DNA of 64,000 nt, from positions 320,001 to 384,000 of the forward strand of contig CAVVPN010000011.1 of the NCBI GenBank assembly GCA_963750165.1, written 5' to 3'. The position numbers and the translations under genes are program-made. This document shows positions 21,136-32,085 of this stretch, in pieces. The stretch is from an uncultured Gemmataceae bacterium (GTDB lineage: Bacteria > Planctomycetota > Planctomycetia > Gemmatales > Gemmataceae). The number at the start of each line of letters is the position of its first letter. Within the stretch, counting starts at the first letter, position 1. The notes under the pieces are model-generated. The model ran no database searches. It saw only the letters and a list, made by a program, of their open reading frames with translations, and was not told where the DNA came from.

Positions 21136-22419
21136 GCGTGACTCACTCCGGCCAGCAGACACAGGTCGCGGCGGGCGGCGGCCACGGCGTCGGGGGACAG
21201 CGGTTCATCGTCCGGCGTGTAGCGGGCCTGCTCGTACAGCGCCGCCAGCTCGTCGGCGGCCTGCCGGCGCTCGGCGCGGCCTCCGGGTTGCCGATCGCAG
21301 CGGCGATGTTCTTGTGGTTCCAGGCACGCGCCGCCGACCCCAGCAGCAGCAGCGCCAGATACTCGAAGGCAGCGACCAGTTCGGCGCGGGTGCTGACGCG
21401 GCCGGGCGGCAGCGGCCAGCCCGCCGGGCTCGACGCCGCTGCCCGATGACGACCGCCCAGCAGCGGCACGCCGCGCATCCGCAGGACGATGAGCACCGCC
21501 GCGACCACGACGACGAGACCGACCACCCACAGCAGGCCGTGGCCGAACCCCGAGAAGCCGGCGCCCGGCAGTTGCGCTGCGGGCGCCGCCCGCGGCCCGA
21601 GCCATCCACCGGGGTTGGCCGGCATCAGGTTGGGCCGTCCCAGCGACGGCGGGGTGTCGCCGTTCCGCAGCCGCAACGACCGCCCCAGGGACTTGCTCGG
21701 TACAAATTGCTCCAGCTTCCGCCGCATTTGCTCCAGCTGGGTGTTGCTCAGGCGCAGACCGTCGAAGTTGGACTTGCGCAGCGCCGCCTCGAAGTTGGTG
21801 ACGCTCTTCTGGAACCCATCGGACTGGAGCACCCTGGCGGCGAAGTCCGTCTTCTCCAGGCGCTGGACCGCCCCTTCCAACAACCGGGACAGCGGATCTT
21901 CCTGGTCGCGCGGCGGTTCGGTCTGCAACGGTTTGGGGATTTCGGGCCGCTTGTTGTTGTCCGGGTTGTTGGGCAGCTGGTCGAAGGGCTTCCTGTCCGG
22001 CGGCTGCGGTTCGTCGGGCCGCGGTCGCTTCCCCTCGATGAGGTCGTCCCGGGGCTGCGCCCGGTCCTTGAAGGCATCGCGAATGGCCTGCTTCTCGTCC
22101 TCGGGCATGTTCTTGATGATGTCCGCGACGTGCTGGTTCTTCGCCAACTTGTCCTTGACGGCCGGGTCGTTGATGTTGAACTTGTCGAGCAGTGTTTTGT
22201 ACTTGTCGGGGTGCTTTTTAAAGTCGTCCAGAATGTGGTGGAAGGCTTTCTCCAGGCTGCCGGCGTTTTTCAGGCGCTCGTTGAGCACGGCAGGGTCGGA
22301 CTCGAACTGAAACTCGGCATAGGGCGGCGGCGGGTCGTCGTTCTTCTGCGCCCAGCGCGCGGCGTCAAACCGCCCAGGGCGAGCGCTGCCAACACCGGCC
22401 ACCAGCAGGTCCGTTTCAT
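21132..22419 (-). CDS. DUF4129-like membrane protein with two frameshifts (near 22357 and 21277)
   Basis: Signal MKRTCWWPVLAALALGG, TM segment, ELVAAFEYLALL, ELAALYEQARY; ORF track shows three pieces. Confidence 0.7.
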
Positions 22420-22542
22420 GTCCGTTAATCCCCGCACGCCAGCGTCTGCGGTTCGAGAAGGCACCTGCGCATTCTAAGGCCGCTCCGGAGCGATTGCAAG
22501 CCGCCGCAAGCCGCCGCCAGCGCGGCCAGCCGTGGTAAAAAA

Positions 22543-23041
22543 TCACCCCGGCTTCTCCTCGCCGCGACGGCGCAACACCTCGTTCTCCAGCGCCGTGATG
22601 CGCTCGTGCAGGTGCCGCACCTCGTCGCGCAACTGCGCGACCTGCTCGGACTGATCCACCAGTCGCTCGTACTCCTCCGCGGCGCTGCGCACGGCCGCTT
22701 CCAGTTCCTCCGGCTGCCACGGCTTCTTCAGGAATTGAAAGATGTGCCCCTGATTGATCGCCGCGATGATCGACTCCAGGTCCGCGTAGCCGGTGAACAA
22801 CATGCGCACCGCCCGGGGATGGCCGCGCCGCACCTTCGTCAGCAGTTCCACGCCCGTGATCTGCGGCATCCGCTGGTCCGTCATGATGATGTGGACCTCG
22901 TTATCGCGCAGCAGCTGGTAGCCCTCCTGGGCGCTGCGCCTTGAGCACGTTGAACTCGCGCCGCAACAGGTCATGGACCGAGTCGCAAACATCCGGCTCG
23001 TCGTCGATGACCAGCAGCGTGTGTTTCGGTTTCGCCTTCAT
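22543..23041 (-). CDS. Response regulator (receiver plus coiled coil), frameshift near 22937
   Basis: MKAKPKHTLLVIDDEPD ... IMTDQRMP ... LFTGY ... FLKKPW; ATGA overlap with the kinase stop. Confidence 0.85.
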
Positions 23042-25920
23042 ACCGTGTCCTCCCGTCCGCTGTGCCGCGGCAGGTAAATGCGGAACGTCGTCCCCCGGCC
23101 CGGTTCGCTATCCACCTCAATGCGGCCGTCGTGGGCCGTCACGATGTTGTGCGAGATCGACAGCCCCAGCCCCGTTCCCTCGCCCACGTCCTTGGTCGTG
23201 AAGAACGGATCGAACAGCCGCGACAGGTGCGCCGGGTCGATGCCGCAACCGTTGTCCGACACCTCAATCCTTAGCTCATCATTCTCCCAGCGGGTTCGCA
23301 CGCCGAGTCGATTGCCCTCCGACCGGCCCGTCGCCTCGATGGCCTGCAGGCCGTTGACCAGCAGGTTGAGCAGCACCTGGCTCAGCTGCGTACTCACGCA
23401 GCGCACGCGCGAATTCGGGTCGTAGTCCAGCTCGACCTGGACGCTCTTGCGCCGCAGCCGGCCGCGGATGATTTCCAAACTGTTCTCCACCAGGTCCGGG
23501 ATGCTCGTGTCCTGGCGGTGCGGCGAATCGGTGCGGGCCAGGCCGCGCAGGCTGTGAACGATGCGCGTTACACGGTCCACACCGTCGCGCGTCCGCGCCA
23601 GCAGCCGCGGCAGGTTGTTGCGGATGTACGGCAGGTCGATCTCCTCGGTCAGCTCCGTGACCTGCGCGGCCAGCGTCGCGTCGAGTTGCGGCAGCCGTTC
23701 GCCCAGGCCGCCGTACAGCTCGAGCAACTGCAGCAGCCCCTTGCAGTCGCGCTCCAGCACGGCGAGGTTGTTGCCGACGAACGCCAGCGGGTTGTTGATT
23801 TCGTGGGCCACGCCCGCCGACAGCAAACCGATGGACGCCATCTTCTCATTCTGCACCAGGCGCAGGCGGATACGGTTGCGTTCCGTCAAATCGCGGATGG
23901 CTCCCAGGAACTGCAGCGCCGAGCCGTCGCCCTCGATGACGCTCAGCGCGATTTCCATTGGGAAAACACTGCCGTCCTTGCGCCGGCCGTGCATCTCCAT
24001 TGGCCGGCCGATGATGGTCGAGCGCCGCGTCGCCAGGTAGCGCGCGAAGCCGTGGTCGTGCTTCTCGCGGTACTGCGGCGGCACCAGCAGCGTCACTGGC
24101 TGGCCGATGGCCTCGGCGGCGCTGTAGCCGAACAGCCGCTCCGCCGCCGGGTTGAAGAGCATGATAACGCCCTGGTGGTCCGCCAGCACGATCGCGTCCA
24201 GGGTGGACTCGGTCAACTGACGATAGCGGTGCTCGGACGCCTGCAAGACCTCCTCGGCCCGCTTGCGCGGCGTCACGTCCCAGAACATGCCCTGTGTGCC
24301 GACCGTCTCACCCTGGCTGTTGACCACTGAGGTCTTGATAACCTGCACGTAAATCCGCTCGCCCGACGGCAGCAGGTGTTCCTCGACCGTCTCCAGCGGC
24401 TGGCCGGTCTGCATCACCCGGTCGTCGTCGGCCCGGTACTTGGCCGCCAGCGCCACCGGAAACAGGTCGTAGTCGGTCATGCCGACCAGATGTTGCAGGT
24501 CGGTCCTGAGCGTGTTGCAGTAACGCTGGTTGCCGAAGAGGACGCGGCCCTCGCGATCCTTGCGGAACAGGTTGAGCGGCAGGCTCTCTACCAGCGACTG
24601 GTAAAACGCCTCGGAGTCGTGCAGCGCCTGCGTGACGCGCTGGCGGTCGAGCACCTGGCCGATCTGGTCGCCCAGCGCGGCCATCAGCGCCAGCAGGGCG
24701 GGTTCGGGTTCGTCCGGCGTGGTGTTGTACGTCTCGATGACGCCGAGGACGGCACCGCTTGAGCGGATCGGGAAGGCGAAGCCCTGCCGCAGTCCCTCGC
24801 GGCGAGCGGTGTCCACGCGCGGAAAATTCGGGCTCGTCGCGGCCTCGGTGAGGCGAGCCGGCTGCCCCGTCTCCCAGACGACGCCCGGCAGTCCGGTGCC
24901 GGGCGGGAGAACCGCGTGGCGCGTCAAGGTGACGAACTCCGGCACGGCCAGGCCGGGGTGGCTCCAGACCGCCAGGCAGCGCAGGCGGTGTTTTTTGCCC
25001 CGCAGCACCCACAGGGCGCTGACATCCCAGCCCAGGCCCTCGCAGATTTCGCGCAGCAGGCCGTCGGCCGCCTCCTCGATGCCGGTGGCTTCGGCCAGAA
25101 CGCGCGTGACGGCGAACTGCGTGGCCTGGCGCTGCTCGCTGGTTTTGCGGCGAGTGATGTCGCGGGCCACGAGGATGCCGCCGCGCACCTGGCCGTTGTC
25201 GTCGCGCAGCGGCCGGCCGGTGAGGCTGGCCCAGCGACCCTGCGGCGCCTGCGCGTGTCGCAGGAACAGCTCGTACTGGTCGAACGACTCGCCGCGCAGC
25301 GTCCGCTCCAGGGGCAGCTGGTCGCGCGGGCAGCGCGTGACGCGGTCGGGCAGGTAGGCGCCGAAGGGTGGCGGCATGGACTGGAAGCCGAAGTCCTCGT
25401 CGGGCAGGCCGTAGAGCCGGCGGGCGGCGGCGTTGCACACCAGGAAGCGGCCAGCGGAATCGGCGACAATGACGGCGTCGCCCATGTTGGCCAGGACCGA
25501 CTGGAAGAGAGTGGATTGTTGTTGCAGGGCCAGTTCCGACTGTTTGCGCTGGGTGATGTCGCGCATGACGGCGAGCACGGCTGGCCGGCCGTCGATGACG
25601 ATGGCGGAGGTGTTGATGTCCACGGGGATGGTGCGGCCGTCCCTGGTGCGGTGCAGCCCCTCGACGCGCAGGTGGCCGCCGGCGAGCTGCGCCTGCAGAC
25701 GGTTGGAGAAGCCGGCGGCGAACTCGGGGGCGTCGATGTCGCGCGTGGTCATGGTGAGCAGTTCGGCGCGTGTGTAGCCGAGGCGCTCGCAGGCGGCGGG
25801 GTTGGCGTCGAGGATGTGGCCGTCGAGGTCGTGGACGAAGACGGCGTCGTCGATGCCCTCGAAGAGAGCGCGTGCCCAGCCCTCGGTTCGGGCCGGCGCG
25901 GTGTGTTCGACTGTGCTCAC
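23038..25920 (-). CDS. Multi-PAS/GAF sensor histidine kinase
   Basis: Several PAS/PAC repeats, a GAF region, AGVAHEINNPL, QVLLNLLVNG, DNGCGI, FFTTKDVGEGTGLGL. Confidence 0.95.
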   Translation of the reverse strand: MSTVEHTAPARTEGWARALFEGIDDAVFVHDLDGHILDANPAACERLGYTRAELLTMTTRDIDAPEFAAGFSNRLQAQLAGGHLRVEGLHRTRDGRTIPVDINTSAIVIDGRPAVLAVMRDITQRKQSELALQQQSTLFQSVLANMGDAVIVADSAGRFLVCNAAARRLYGLPDEDFGFQSMPPPFGAYLPDRVTRCPRDQLPLERTLRGESFDQYELFLRHAQAPQGRWASLTGRPLRDDNGQVRGGILVARDITRRKTSEQRQATQFAVTRVLAEATGIEEAADGLLREICEGLGWDVSALWVLRGKKHRLRCLAVWSHPGLAVPEFVTLTRHAVLPPGTGLPGVVWETGQPARLTEAATSPNFPRVDTARREGLRQGFAFPIRSSGAVLGVIETYNTTPDEPEPALLALMAALGDQIGQVLDRQRVTQALHDSEAFYQSLVESLPLNLFRKDREGRVLFGNQRYCNTLRTDLQHLVGMTDYDLFPVALAAKYRADDDRVMQTGQPLETVEEHLLPSGERIYVQVIKTSVVNSQGETVGTQGMFWDVTPRKRAEEVLQASEHRYRQLTESTLDAIVLADHQGVIMLFNPAAERLFGYSAAEAIGQPVTLLVPPQYREKHDHGFARYLATRRSTIIGRPMEMHGRRKDGSVFPMEIALSVIEGDGSALQFLGAIRDLTERNRIRLRLVQNEKMASIGLLSAGVAHEINNPLAFVGNNLAVLERDCKGLLQLLELYGGLGERLPQLDATLAAQVTELTEEIDLPYIRNNLPRLLARTRDGVDRVTRIVHSLRGLARTDSPHRQDTSIPDLVENSLEIIRGRLRRKSVQVELDYDPNSRVRCVSTQLSQVLLNLLVNGLQAIEATGRSEGNRLGVRTRWENDELRIEVSDNGCGIDPAHLSRLFDPFFTTKDVGEGTGLGLSISHNIVTAHDGRIEVDSEPGRGTTFRIYLPRHSGREDTV

Positions 25921-25952
25921 GGACGGAACCCTCCTTCGCTTGCGGGCTCTCG

Positions 25953-26001
25953 TTCTGCCGCTTGCGGCTTAGCGCTCCCCGCCAGGCCACAAGCGGCAGA
26001 A
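25953..26001. repeat. REP-like palindrome, GCCGCTTGCGGCTTAGCG family
   Basis: TTCTGCCGCTTGCGGCTT...AGGCCACAAGCGGCAGAA; relatives at 29488-29588 and, degenerate, near 44812-44835 and 57291-57315. Confidence 0.75.
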
Positions 26002-26010
26002 AGAAGGGCT

Positions 26011-28083
26011 TTAGCCAACCACCACCCGCGGCTGCCGTTCCGGCCGGGGCTCCGACCGCAGCAGCAGCTCGCGCACCTTCCAAGGCACGTTGCCTTCGCC
26101 GAAGGCCAGATAGCTCCAGCTCGCTTCCAGCAGGTCCAACTCCGACCAGCCGAAATGCACGCCGGGCGGCCGGCTCGACTTCGACATCTCCAGCGCCACC
26201 GCCGCGATGGCGTGCGCCACCGAAACGCAGTGCGTCACCTTGATGACGAAACGTCGTTCCTCGCGGATCACCTCGATTAACAGTTTTTGATAGAAGTTAC
26301 TCGGGTCATCGACCTCCACCTCCAGGAACACAATGTCCACATCCGGCGCCAGCTGGTGGTCCTGGCGGATGCACTGTTCCTTCAGGTCGCGCTCGTGGCG
26401 GCCGGGCCGGTGCGGCACCAGGATGGGGAAGTCGGCGCAGCACAGGCTGTCCCAGAGGAATTTCGACGTATCGTCCTTGAACTCGAAGCCGAGCGTGCGC
26501 AGCTCATCAACGCGCAGGGCACGGGCGCTGATCGATGAGGCGAGAATGGTGCCGACGAACAGTGCCGCGATCAACAAACCGCTGCTGGACTGCACGATCA
26601 CCGCGAAGGTGGTGGCGACGAAGACGACAGCAATCACGGTGAAGCCCAGGGGCCGCTGGAGCAGCCGGCGCTTGCCGGGCTCGCGGCGGCTGGCGACAGC
26701 GGCGATGACGGCGCCGTCGGACAGCAGCACCAGTACCGCTGTGGCGTAGGCGGCGCGCTGGTCATTCACGTCGGCGCGGAAGTAGACCGTCACCGCCAGG
26801 TTGACCAGCGCGAACAGCGCCAGCAGCACGCCCCAGCGGTGCGACCAGCGCAATTCCATACCGAAGCGCAGCAAGAACTGCGGCAGCAGTCCCGCCAGCG
26901 CCGTCATGACGCTGGTGCCAGCCAGCGACAGCAGGCAAATCGTGGTCACGTCGTAGAGGGTGCCGAAGGGCCGGCCGCACCACGGCAGCAGCCGCGCCGG
27001 CCCGGCGCCGTCGGCCAGACGGCCGCCGTGCGCCAGGTAGGCCAGGGCGCGGTTGTGGGCCGCTCCGTCCGTGGCGAACGCCTCCGCCGGCACCAGCAGC
27101 GTCGTCACCAGCACCGAGCCGAGCAGGTACACGCTCATGATGAGGGCAGCGACGACGAGCAGCTTGCGTGTGTTGCGAATGCGGCCGCGCGGCCGGGCCG
27201 GGTCGTCGTCCGGGTCGCCCTGGACCTGCGGCATCAGAATCAGGCTCATCTCGAAGCCGGAGAAGCCCAGCGACAACTCTGGCAGCAGCAGCAGGCACAG
27301 GATCGCGATGCCGCCCCAGCCGCTGAAGGCCGAGGGCGCCCGCAATTGCCAGTCACCGGTGCCCAGCTGGTCCAGCCAGCGCTGCACATGCTCGGGGTGC
27401 CCGGCCAGGTAGCCGAGGCCACCGCCGATGACCAGGGCGTTCAGTAGCAGGTACACGACGACGATGGGCGCCGCCAGAACCAGGACGTTCTTGTTGAAGC
27501 CATTGCGCAGCACCCACCAGAAGACGAAGCCGACAATGCTCAGCGCGATGGTGAGCACGAGTTGTTCGTTGATGTAATCGGCGCAGAAGTCGCCGGCGAA
27601 TTCGCGCACGGTTTCGCGGGCGGTGATGACAGATTCGTTGGCGGCGACGTAAGCCTGCGGCCGCTCTTCCTCGACGTAGCGATTTTTGGCCAGGTGCGTG
27701 GCGGCGTCGGCCAGCGAGATCGTTTTGAGCATCACGAAGTCGGTGGCAGCGAAGCCGAGCAGGATGAGGACCAGCGTCTTGCCGCGCCAGCCGTGCAGAT
27801 ACCGTTCGAGCAGGGCGATGGAGCCCTGGCCGTGGGCGGAACGGCCGGCGATGAACCAGTAGACCGGCACGGCGCCGAAGAGCGTGAGCAGCACGACCAG
27901 GACGGTCGCCAGCGGCGCCAGGCGGCCGGCAAGCTGGAAGCTGAGCGAGGGCTGGTAGGCGAGGGTGCTGAAGTAATCGACGCCGAGCAGGCACAGCACC
28001 CACGGCCACCACGCCGGCGGCGCCGGCCGGGCGGCAGGCGTGTCAGGCAACGGCTCCGAGGCGGCGGTCATGTTATGGTCCAA
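26011..28083 (-). CDS. APC-superfamily-like amino acid transporter
   Basis: CLLGVDYFSTLAYQP, HGQGSIALL, GFAATDF, LGFSGFE, NRALAYLAHG; many TM segments. Confidence 0.8.
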   Translation of the reverse strand: MDHNMTAASEPLPDTPAARPAPPAWWPWVLCLLGVDYFSTLAYQPSLSFQLAGRLAPLATVLVVLLTLFGAVPVYWFIAGRSAHGQGSIALLERYLHGWRGKTLVLILLGFAATDFVMLKTISLADAATHLAKNRYVEEERPQAYVAANESVITARETVREFAGDFCADYINEQLVLTIALSIVGFVFWWVLRNGFNKNVLVLAAPIVVVYLLLNALVIGGGLGYLAGHPEHVQRWLDQLGTGDWQLRAPSAFSGWGGIAILCLLLLPELSLGFSGFEMSLILMPQVQGDPDDDPARPRGRIRNTRKLLVVAALIMSVYLLGSVLVTTLLVPAEAFATDGAAHNRALAYLAHGGRLADGAGPARLLPWCGRPFGTLYDVTTICLLSLAGTSVMTALAGLLPQFLLRFGMELRWSHRWGVLLALFALVNLAVTVYFRADVNDQRAAYATAVLVLLSDGAVIAAVASRREPGKRRLLQRPLGFTVIAVVFVATTFAVIVQSSSGLLIAALFVGTILASSISARALRVDELRTLGFEFKDDTSKFLWDSLCCADFPILVPHRPGRHERDLKEQCIRQDHQLAPDVDIVFLEVEVDDPSNFYQKLLIEVIREERRFVIKVTHCVSVAHAIAAVALEMSKSSRPPGVHFGWSELDLLEASWSYLAFGEGNVPWKVRELLLRSEPRPERQPRVVVG

Positions 28084-28087
28084 ACGG

Positions 28088-28187
28088 ATTCACCACAAAG
28101 ACACAAAGGACACAAAGGACAGACAACCGGGCGGAATGCAATTTAGTTCTTGTTCTTCTTTGTGTCCTTTGTGTCTTTGTGGTGAAT
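28088..28187. repeat. Perfect 30-bp inverted repeat built from nonamer units
   Basis: ATTCACCACAAAGACACAAAGGACACAAAG-N40-CTTTGTGTCCTTTGTGTCTTTGTGGTGAAT. Confidence 0.9.
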
Positions 28188-28287
28188 GCTCTTCCAATCC
28201 CCGGCCCCTTTAAAACCAGGGGGTTTCTGCATATCATGCCATTTTCGCCCCGAAACGCAACCCTCGCCCCTTTCAGGGACTCCTGCC

Positions 28288-29487
28288 ATGGCGGATGACT
28301 TGGCCTTTGACGCACCCCGGGCTGTGGACCGCCTGCTGCGCTTCCTCGACATTCCCGGCGTCACCGGCGAGGAGGAGGCCATCGGCCGGGCGGTCGCGCA
28401 GGCGCTGCGCGAAGCCGGCGTGCCGCCCCGGGACATCGTCTTCGACAACGCCAACCGCGACATCCCGCTGCCGACGCAGACCGGCAACCTCATCGTCCAG
28501 TTGCCTGGCACGCGCAAGGGGCCGCGCCGGCTGTTCATGACGCACCTCGACACGGTGCCGCTGTGCGCCGGTTGCAAACCGGTGCGCAAGGCCCAGCGCA
28601 TCGTGTCGGTGGCGCCGACGGCCCTGGGCGGCGACAACCGCACCGGCGTCGGCGTCCTGGTAACGCTGGCCACGACGCTGTTGCAGCGCCGGCTGGAGTA
28701 CGGCCCGCTCACGTTGCTGTTCACGGTGCGCGAGGAGAGCGGTTTGTGGGGGGCGCGCTTCGTCAACAAGGCCCTGCTGGGCGAACCGGTGATGGGCTTC
28801 AACGTCGATGGCAGCTCCGCGCGGCAGATCACCGTCGGGGCGGTCGGGGCGGAGCGCTGGCAGGCGGAGATCGAGGGGCGGGCGGCCCACGCGGGCGTCC
28901 ACCCGGAGCGCGGCGTGTCGGCGACGCTGGTGGCGGCGCTGGCGCTGGCGGAAATCCACAAGGACGGCTGGTTCGGCAAGGTGACGCGCAACGGCCACGA
29001 GGGCACGTCGAACGTCGGCAGCGTCGCCGGCCGCGGCGGCAAGAGCGCCGGCGAGGCGACCAACGTCGTCACCGACTACGCCGAGGTGCGCGGCGAATGC
29101 CGCAGTCACGACGCGCAGTTCGCCAGCGCCATCACCAAGGCATATCGTGACGCCTTCGCCGCGGCGGCCAAGCGCGTGGCGGACGACCGCGGCCGCAGCG
29201 CCCGGGTGCGCTTCCAGGCGCGGCGCGACTATTATCCGTTCCGGCTCAAGGACAACAGCCCGGTAGTCAAGCAGGCGGTGGCGGCCGCGGCGGTCGCGGG
29301 CTGGGAGCCGACGTTGCGCGTCACCAACGGCGGCCTCGACGCCAACTGGCTGGTGCGCCACAAGGTGCCGACCATCACGTTCGGCGCCGGTCAGAATAAC
29401 GTCCACACCGTTGAGGAGTTCGTGGAGATCGCGGACTACCTCGAAGGCTGCCGCTACGCGCTGGCGCTGGCGACGCAGGGCGGTTAG
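28288..29487 (+). CDS. M20 family metallopeptidase (peptidase T-like)
   Basis: THLDTV, LGGDNRTG, FTVREESGL, GRAAHAG, GGLDAN, NVHTVEE. Confidence 0.9.
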   Translation: MADDLAFDAPRAVDRLLRFLDIPGVTGEEEAIGRAVAQALREAGVPPRDIVFDNANRDIPLPTQTGNLIVQLPGTRKGPRRLFMTHLDTVPLCAGCKPVRKAQRIVSVAPTALGGDNRTGVGVLVTLATTLLQRRLEYGPLTLLFTVREESGLWGARFVNKALLGEPVMGFNVDGSSARQITVGAVGAERWQAEIEGRAAHAGVHPERGVSATLVAALALAEIHKDGWFGKVTRNGHEGTSNVGSVAGRGGKSAGEATNVVTDYAEVRGECRSHDAQFASAITKAYRDAFAAAAKRVADDRGRSARVRFQARRDYYPFRLKDNSPVVKQAVAAAAVAGWEPTLRVTNGGLDANWLVRHKVPTITFGAGQNNVHTVEEFVEIADYLEGCRYALALATQGG

Positions 29488-29588
29488 TTCTGCCGCTTGC
29501 GGCTTAGCGCGCTGCGTCCCTCCCGCCGCCAACCCCTATCTTCTCAGCGCCGGGAGGGTGTCGGAGCGCTAAGCCGCAAGCGGCGGAA
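29488..29588. repeat. REP-like inverted pair
   Basis: GCCGCTTGCGGCTTAGCGC ... GCGCTAAGCCGCAAGCGGC. Confidence 0.85.
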
Positions 29589-29607
29589 AGAAGAGGGGAA
29601 GCGGCAC

Positions 29608-30951
29608 ATGAAAACCGTGCGCGTCGGCAATGGCTGCGGCTTCTGGGGCGACAACCTCGACGCCCCCGTGCTGCTGGCGCGCGACGGCCGCCTCGACTAC
29701 CTGACACTCGAATACCTCGCCGAACTCACCATGTCCATCCTGGCGCTGCAAAAGCAGCGCGACCCGCAGGCCGGCTTTGCCACCGATTTTTTGGATGTGC
29801 TGGAGCGCTTGTGTCCGCTGCTGGCGCAGCAGCCCGGCCTGAAAATCGTCACCAACGCCGGCGGCATGAACCCCACCGCTTGCGCCGCGAAGGCCCGCGC
29901 CATCCTCGACGAGCACGGTTTGCAAGCGCGGCGTATCGGCGTCGTCCGCGGCGATGATCTGCTGCCGCGCATCGATGAACTGCTGGCGGCCGGCCAACCG
30001 CTACTGAACCTGGACACGGGGCAACCGCTGGCCACCGTGCGGCCGCGGCTGGTGAGCGCCAACGCCTACCTCGGCTCGGAGCCGATCGCGGCGGCGCTGC
30101 GGGGCGGCGCTGCCATCGTCATCACGGGGCGGGTGGCGGACGCGGCACTGACCGTCGGGCCGCTGGCGCACGAGTTCGGCTGGTCGTGGCAGGACTGGGA
30201 CCGGCTCAGCGCCGCGTCGGTGGCGGGGCACCTGATCGAGTGCGGCGCCCAGGCGACCGGCGGCCTCTGGTGTAACTGGCAGGAGGCGCCGGACCTGGCG
30301 AACGTCGGCTATCCGATCGCGGAGGTGGACGACACCGGCGCCATGCGCATCACCAAGCCGGCGGGCAGCGGCGGTGCGGTCAACGTCGAGACGGTGGCGG
30401 AGCAACTGCTGTACGAGGTCGGCGATCCGGCCGCGTACTTGACGCCGGACGTGACCGCCGATTTCACGTCCGTGACGCTGCGCCAGGAGGGGCCGGAGGT
30501 TGTCGCCATCAGCGGTGCGAAGGGCCGGCCGGCGACGGACACGTACAAGGTGTCGGCGGCGTACCGCGATGGCTACACCGCCAGCGGCACCCTGGTCATC
30601 GCCGGCCCCGACGCGCCGGCCAAGGCCCGCCGCTGCGGCGAGATGATTCTGGAGCGCCTGCGCCGCGCCGGCGTCGAGGTGGAGCAACGTTTGATCGAGT
30701 GTCTGGGGACGGGCGACAGCGTGCCAGGCGTGCTGCCGCGGGCGGTGCCGCCGGAGGTGGTGCTGCGTGTGGCGGTGCGCGACAGCCGGCACGCGGCGGT
30801 GGAGCGCTTCAGCAAGGAGTTTGCGCCGCTGGTCACGTCGGGGCCGCCGGGGGTGACGGGCTACACGACGGGGCGGCCACAGGTGCGCGAGGTGTTCGCG
30901 TACTGGCCGGCGCTGCTGGCCAAGGCCGCGGTGACGCCGGTGGTAGAATGA
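29608..30951 (+). CDS. Acyclic terpene utilization AtuA family protein (DUF1446)
   Basis: RVGNGCGFWGD, LEYLAELTM, VTNAGGMNP, SANAYLG, GHLIECGAQATGG, EQLLYEVGDPAAYLTPDV. Confidence 0.9.
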   Translation: MKTVRVGNGCGFWGDNLDAPVLLARDGRLDYLTLEYLAELTMSILALQKQRDPQAGFATDFLDVLERLCPLLAQQPGLKIVTNAGGMNPTACAAKARAILDEHGLQARRIGVVRGDDLLPRIDELLAAGQPLLNLDTGQPLATVRPRLVSANAYLGSEPIAAALRGGAAIVITGRVADAALTVGPLAHEFGWSWQDWDRLSAASVAGHLIECGAQATGGLWCNWQEAPDLANVGYPIAEVDDTGAMRITKPAGSGGAVNVETVAEQLLYEVGDPAAYLTPDVTADFTSVTLRQEGPEVVAISGAKGRPATDTYKVSAAYRDGYTASGTLVIAGPDAPAKARRCGEMILERLRRAGVEVEQRLIECLGTGDSVPGVLPRAVPPEVVLRVAVRDSRHAAVERFSKEFAPLVTSGPPGVTGYTTGRPQVREVFAYWPALLAKAAVTPVVE

Positions 30952-31005
30952 TGTGAAGCTGCTCCTGCGAGCGTCTCTCAAAGCCTTCCCGCTTTTGAAA
31001 CGGAA

Positions 31006-32085
31006 TTGGCCGGGCTTGACGTGGACCAGACGGAGGCACGTTTCCGCACGAGGTATGTCGAGGAACAGCAGGCCGTTGAACGGCTTACTAACCTGGGGAG
31101 GGCACGGATCGGGAAAGGCGCCGCAGACAATCTGAAACTGGTGAAGGACGTAGCCGAAAGCGGGCTTGAGAAAATACTTCGACGGCGACGGCAATCCTCC
31201 CGTGAAGAAACCTGGGAACTCGTGCGAGAATTCATCCTGTACGGTGCGAAAGCCGTTTTGTTGACTGGGTCGCAACGCGGCGGCGACTTCTTGAACAATC
31301 AACTCCGCGGCCAGTGGGCCGAACGAGTTGCCCTGTCCATGTCCGTTGAGGGCTTACACTTTGTCGAATTCGGCCCGTCCGGGGCGGCAATGCCGGGGGA
31401 GCAAGATCACCGAAAGGTAATTATGACTTTCAAGGAGATTCAACTTCTCGAAGGCAAGCGACCCGACCTGCTGGCTTTTGACCAGTCCGTTTGGCGCAGC
31501 TTGGCTGAAGCCGAGCGCAATCTGGTCACGACGTGGCCGCAGAGGCGGCTCGAACGGGCGGATGAGGCGGTGATTAAGAAAGCTCGATGCGGCGTCGAGG
31601 TAAAAAATAGTACCTGGCATTACCAGACGCGCCGAGAAGCCGGTGGTGGGCCGCTGTCCACTACGGTGAAGCAGGAAGAGGTTTCTGAGATCCAGAACTG
31701 GGCAAACAAGACGGGGTTGCCCGTCCTGTTTGTGCAGATTCTATTCGATGAACTATACTGCATGAGTTTCCGACGGATGACGGCTGCAATGCAGCGCGGG
31801 TATTTGTACGAGCAGGGAGACTACGAACGGGACAAGCAGACCGGGGCAGGGGGGAAAATCTATCACAAGTTTTACATCACCCCTCCGCGGCACCTTTGCG
31901 GCAGGGTCATTTTTCCCTCCGAGTCAACTGCCGACGTTCGCATTCTGCACGACGGCAACGTCATCCCCTACATCCTCCTCAAGCCAGCGAAGGCTGTTGA
32001 CGTCCGCTCTGCGGTGGTGCTTGGCGAAATCGCTTACGTCGAGCCAGCTACGCCCCCTGCGACTCCGCCGACCCCGTCCCCTTGA
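31006..32085 (+). CDS. AccI-family type II restriction endonuclease (start codon uncertain)
   Basis: FLNNQLRGQWAE, GKRPDLL, GVEVKNS, TTVKQEE, VQILFD; atypical, less GC-biased codon usage; adjacent to a DNA MTase. Confidence 0.75.
   Translation: MAGLDVDQTEARFRTRYVEEQQAVERLTNLGRARIGKGAADNLKLVKDVAESGLEKILRRRRQSSREETWELVREFILYGAKAVLLTGSQRGGDFLNNQLRGQWAERVALSMSVEGLHFVEFGPSGAAMPGEQDHRKVIMTFKEIQLLEGKRPDLLAFDQSVWRSLAEAERNLVTTWPQRRLERADEAVIKKARCGVEVKNSTWHYQTRREAGGGPLSTTVKQEEVSEIQNWANKTGLPVLFVQILFDELYCMSFRRMTAAMQRGYLYEQGDYERDKQTGAGGKIYHKFYITPPRHLCGRVIFPSESTADVRILHDGNVIPYILLKPAKAVDVRSAVVLGEIAYVEPATPPATPPTPSP

Noticed and set aside
30949..31005. Stop-codon readthrough fusing the AtuA-family protein to the REase (same frame, single TGA)
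   Set aside because: Same frame occurs one time in three by chance, codon usage changes abruptly at the junction, and there is no recoding signal
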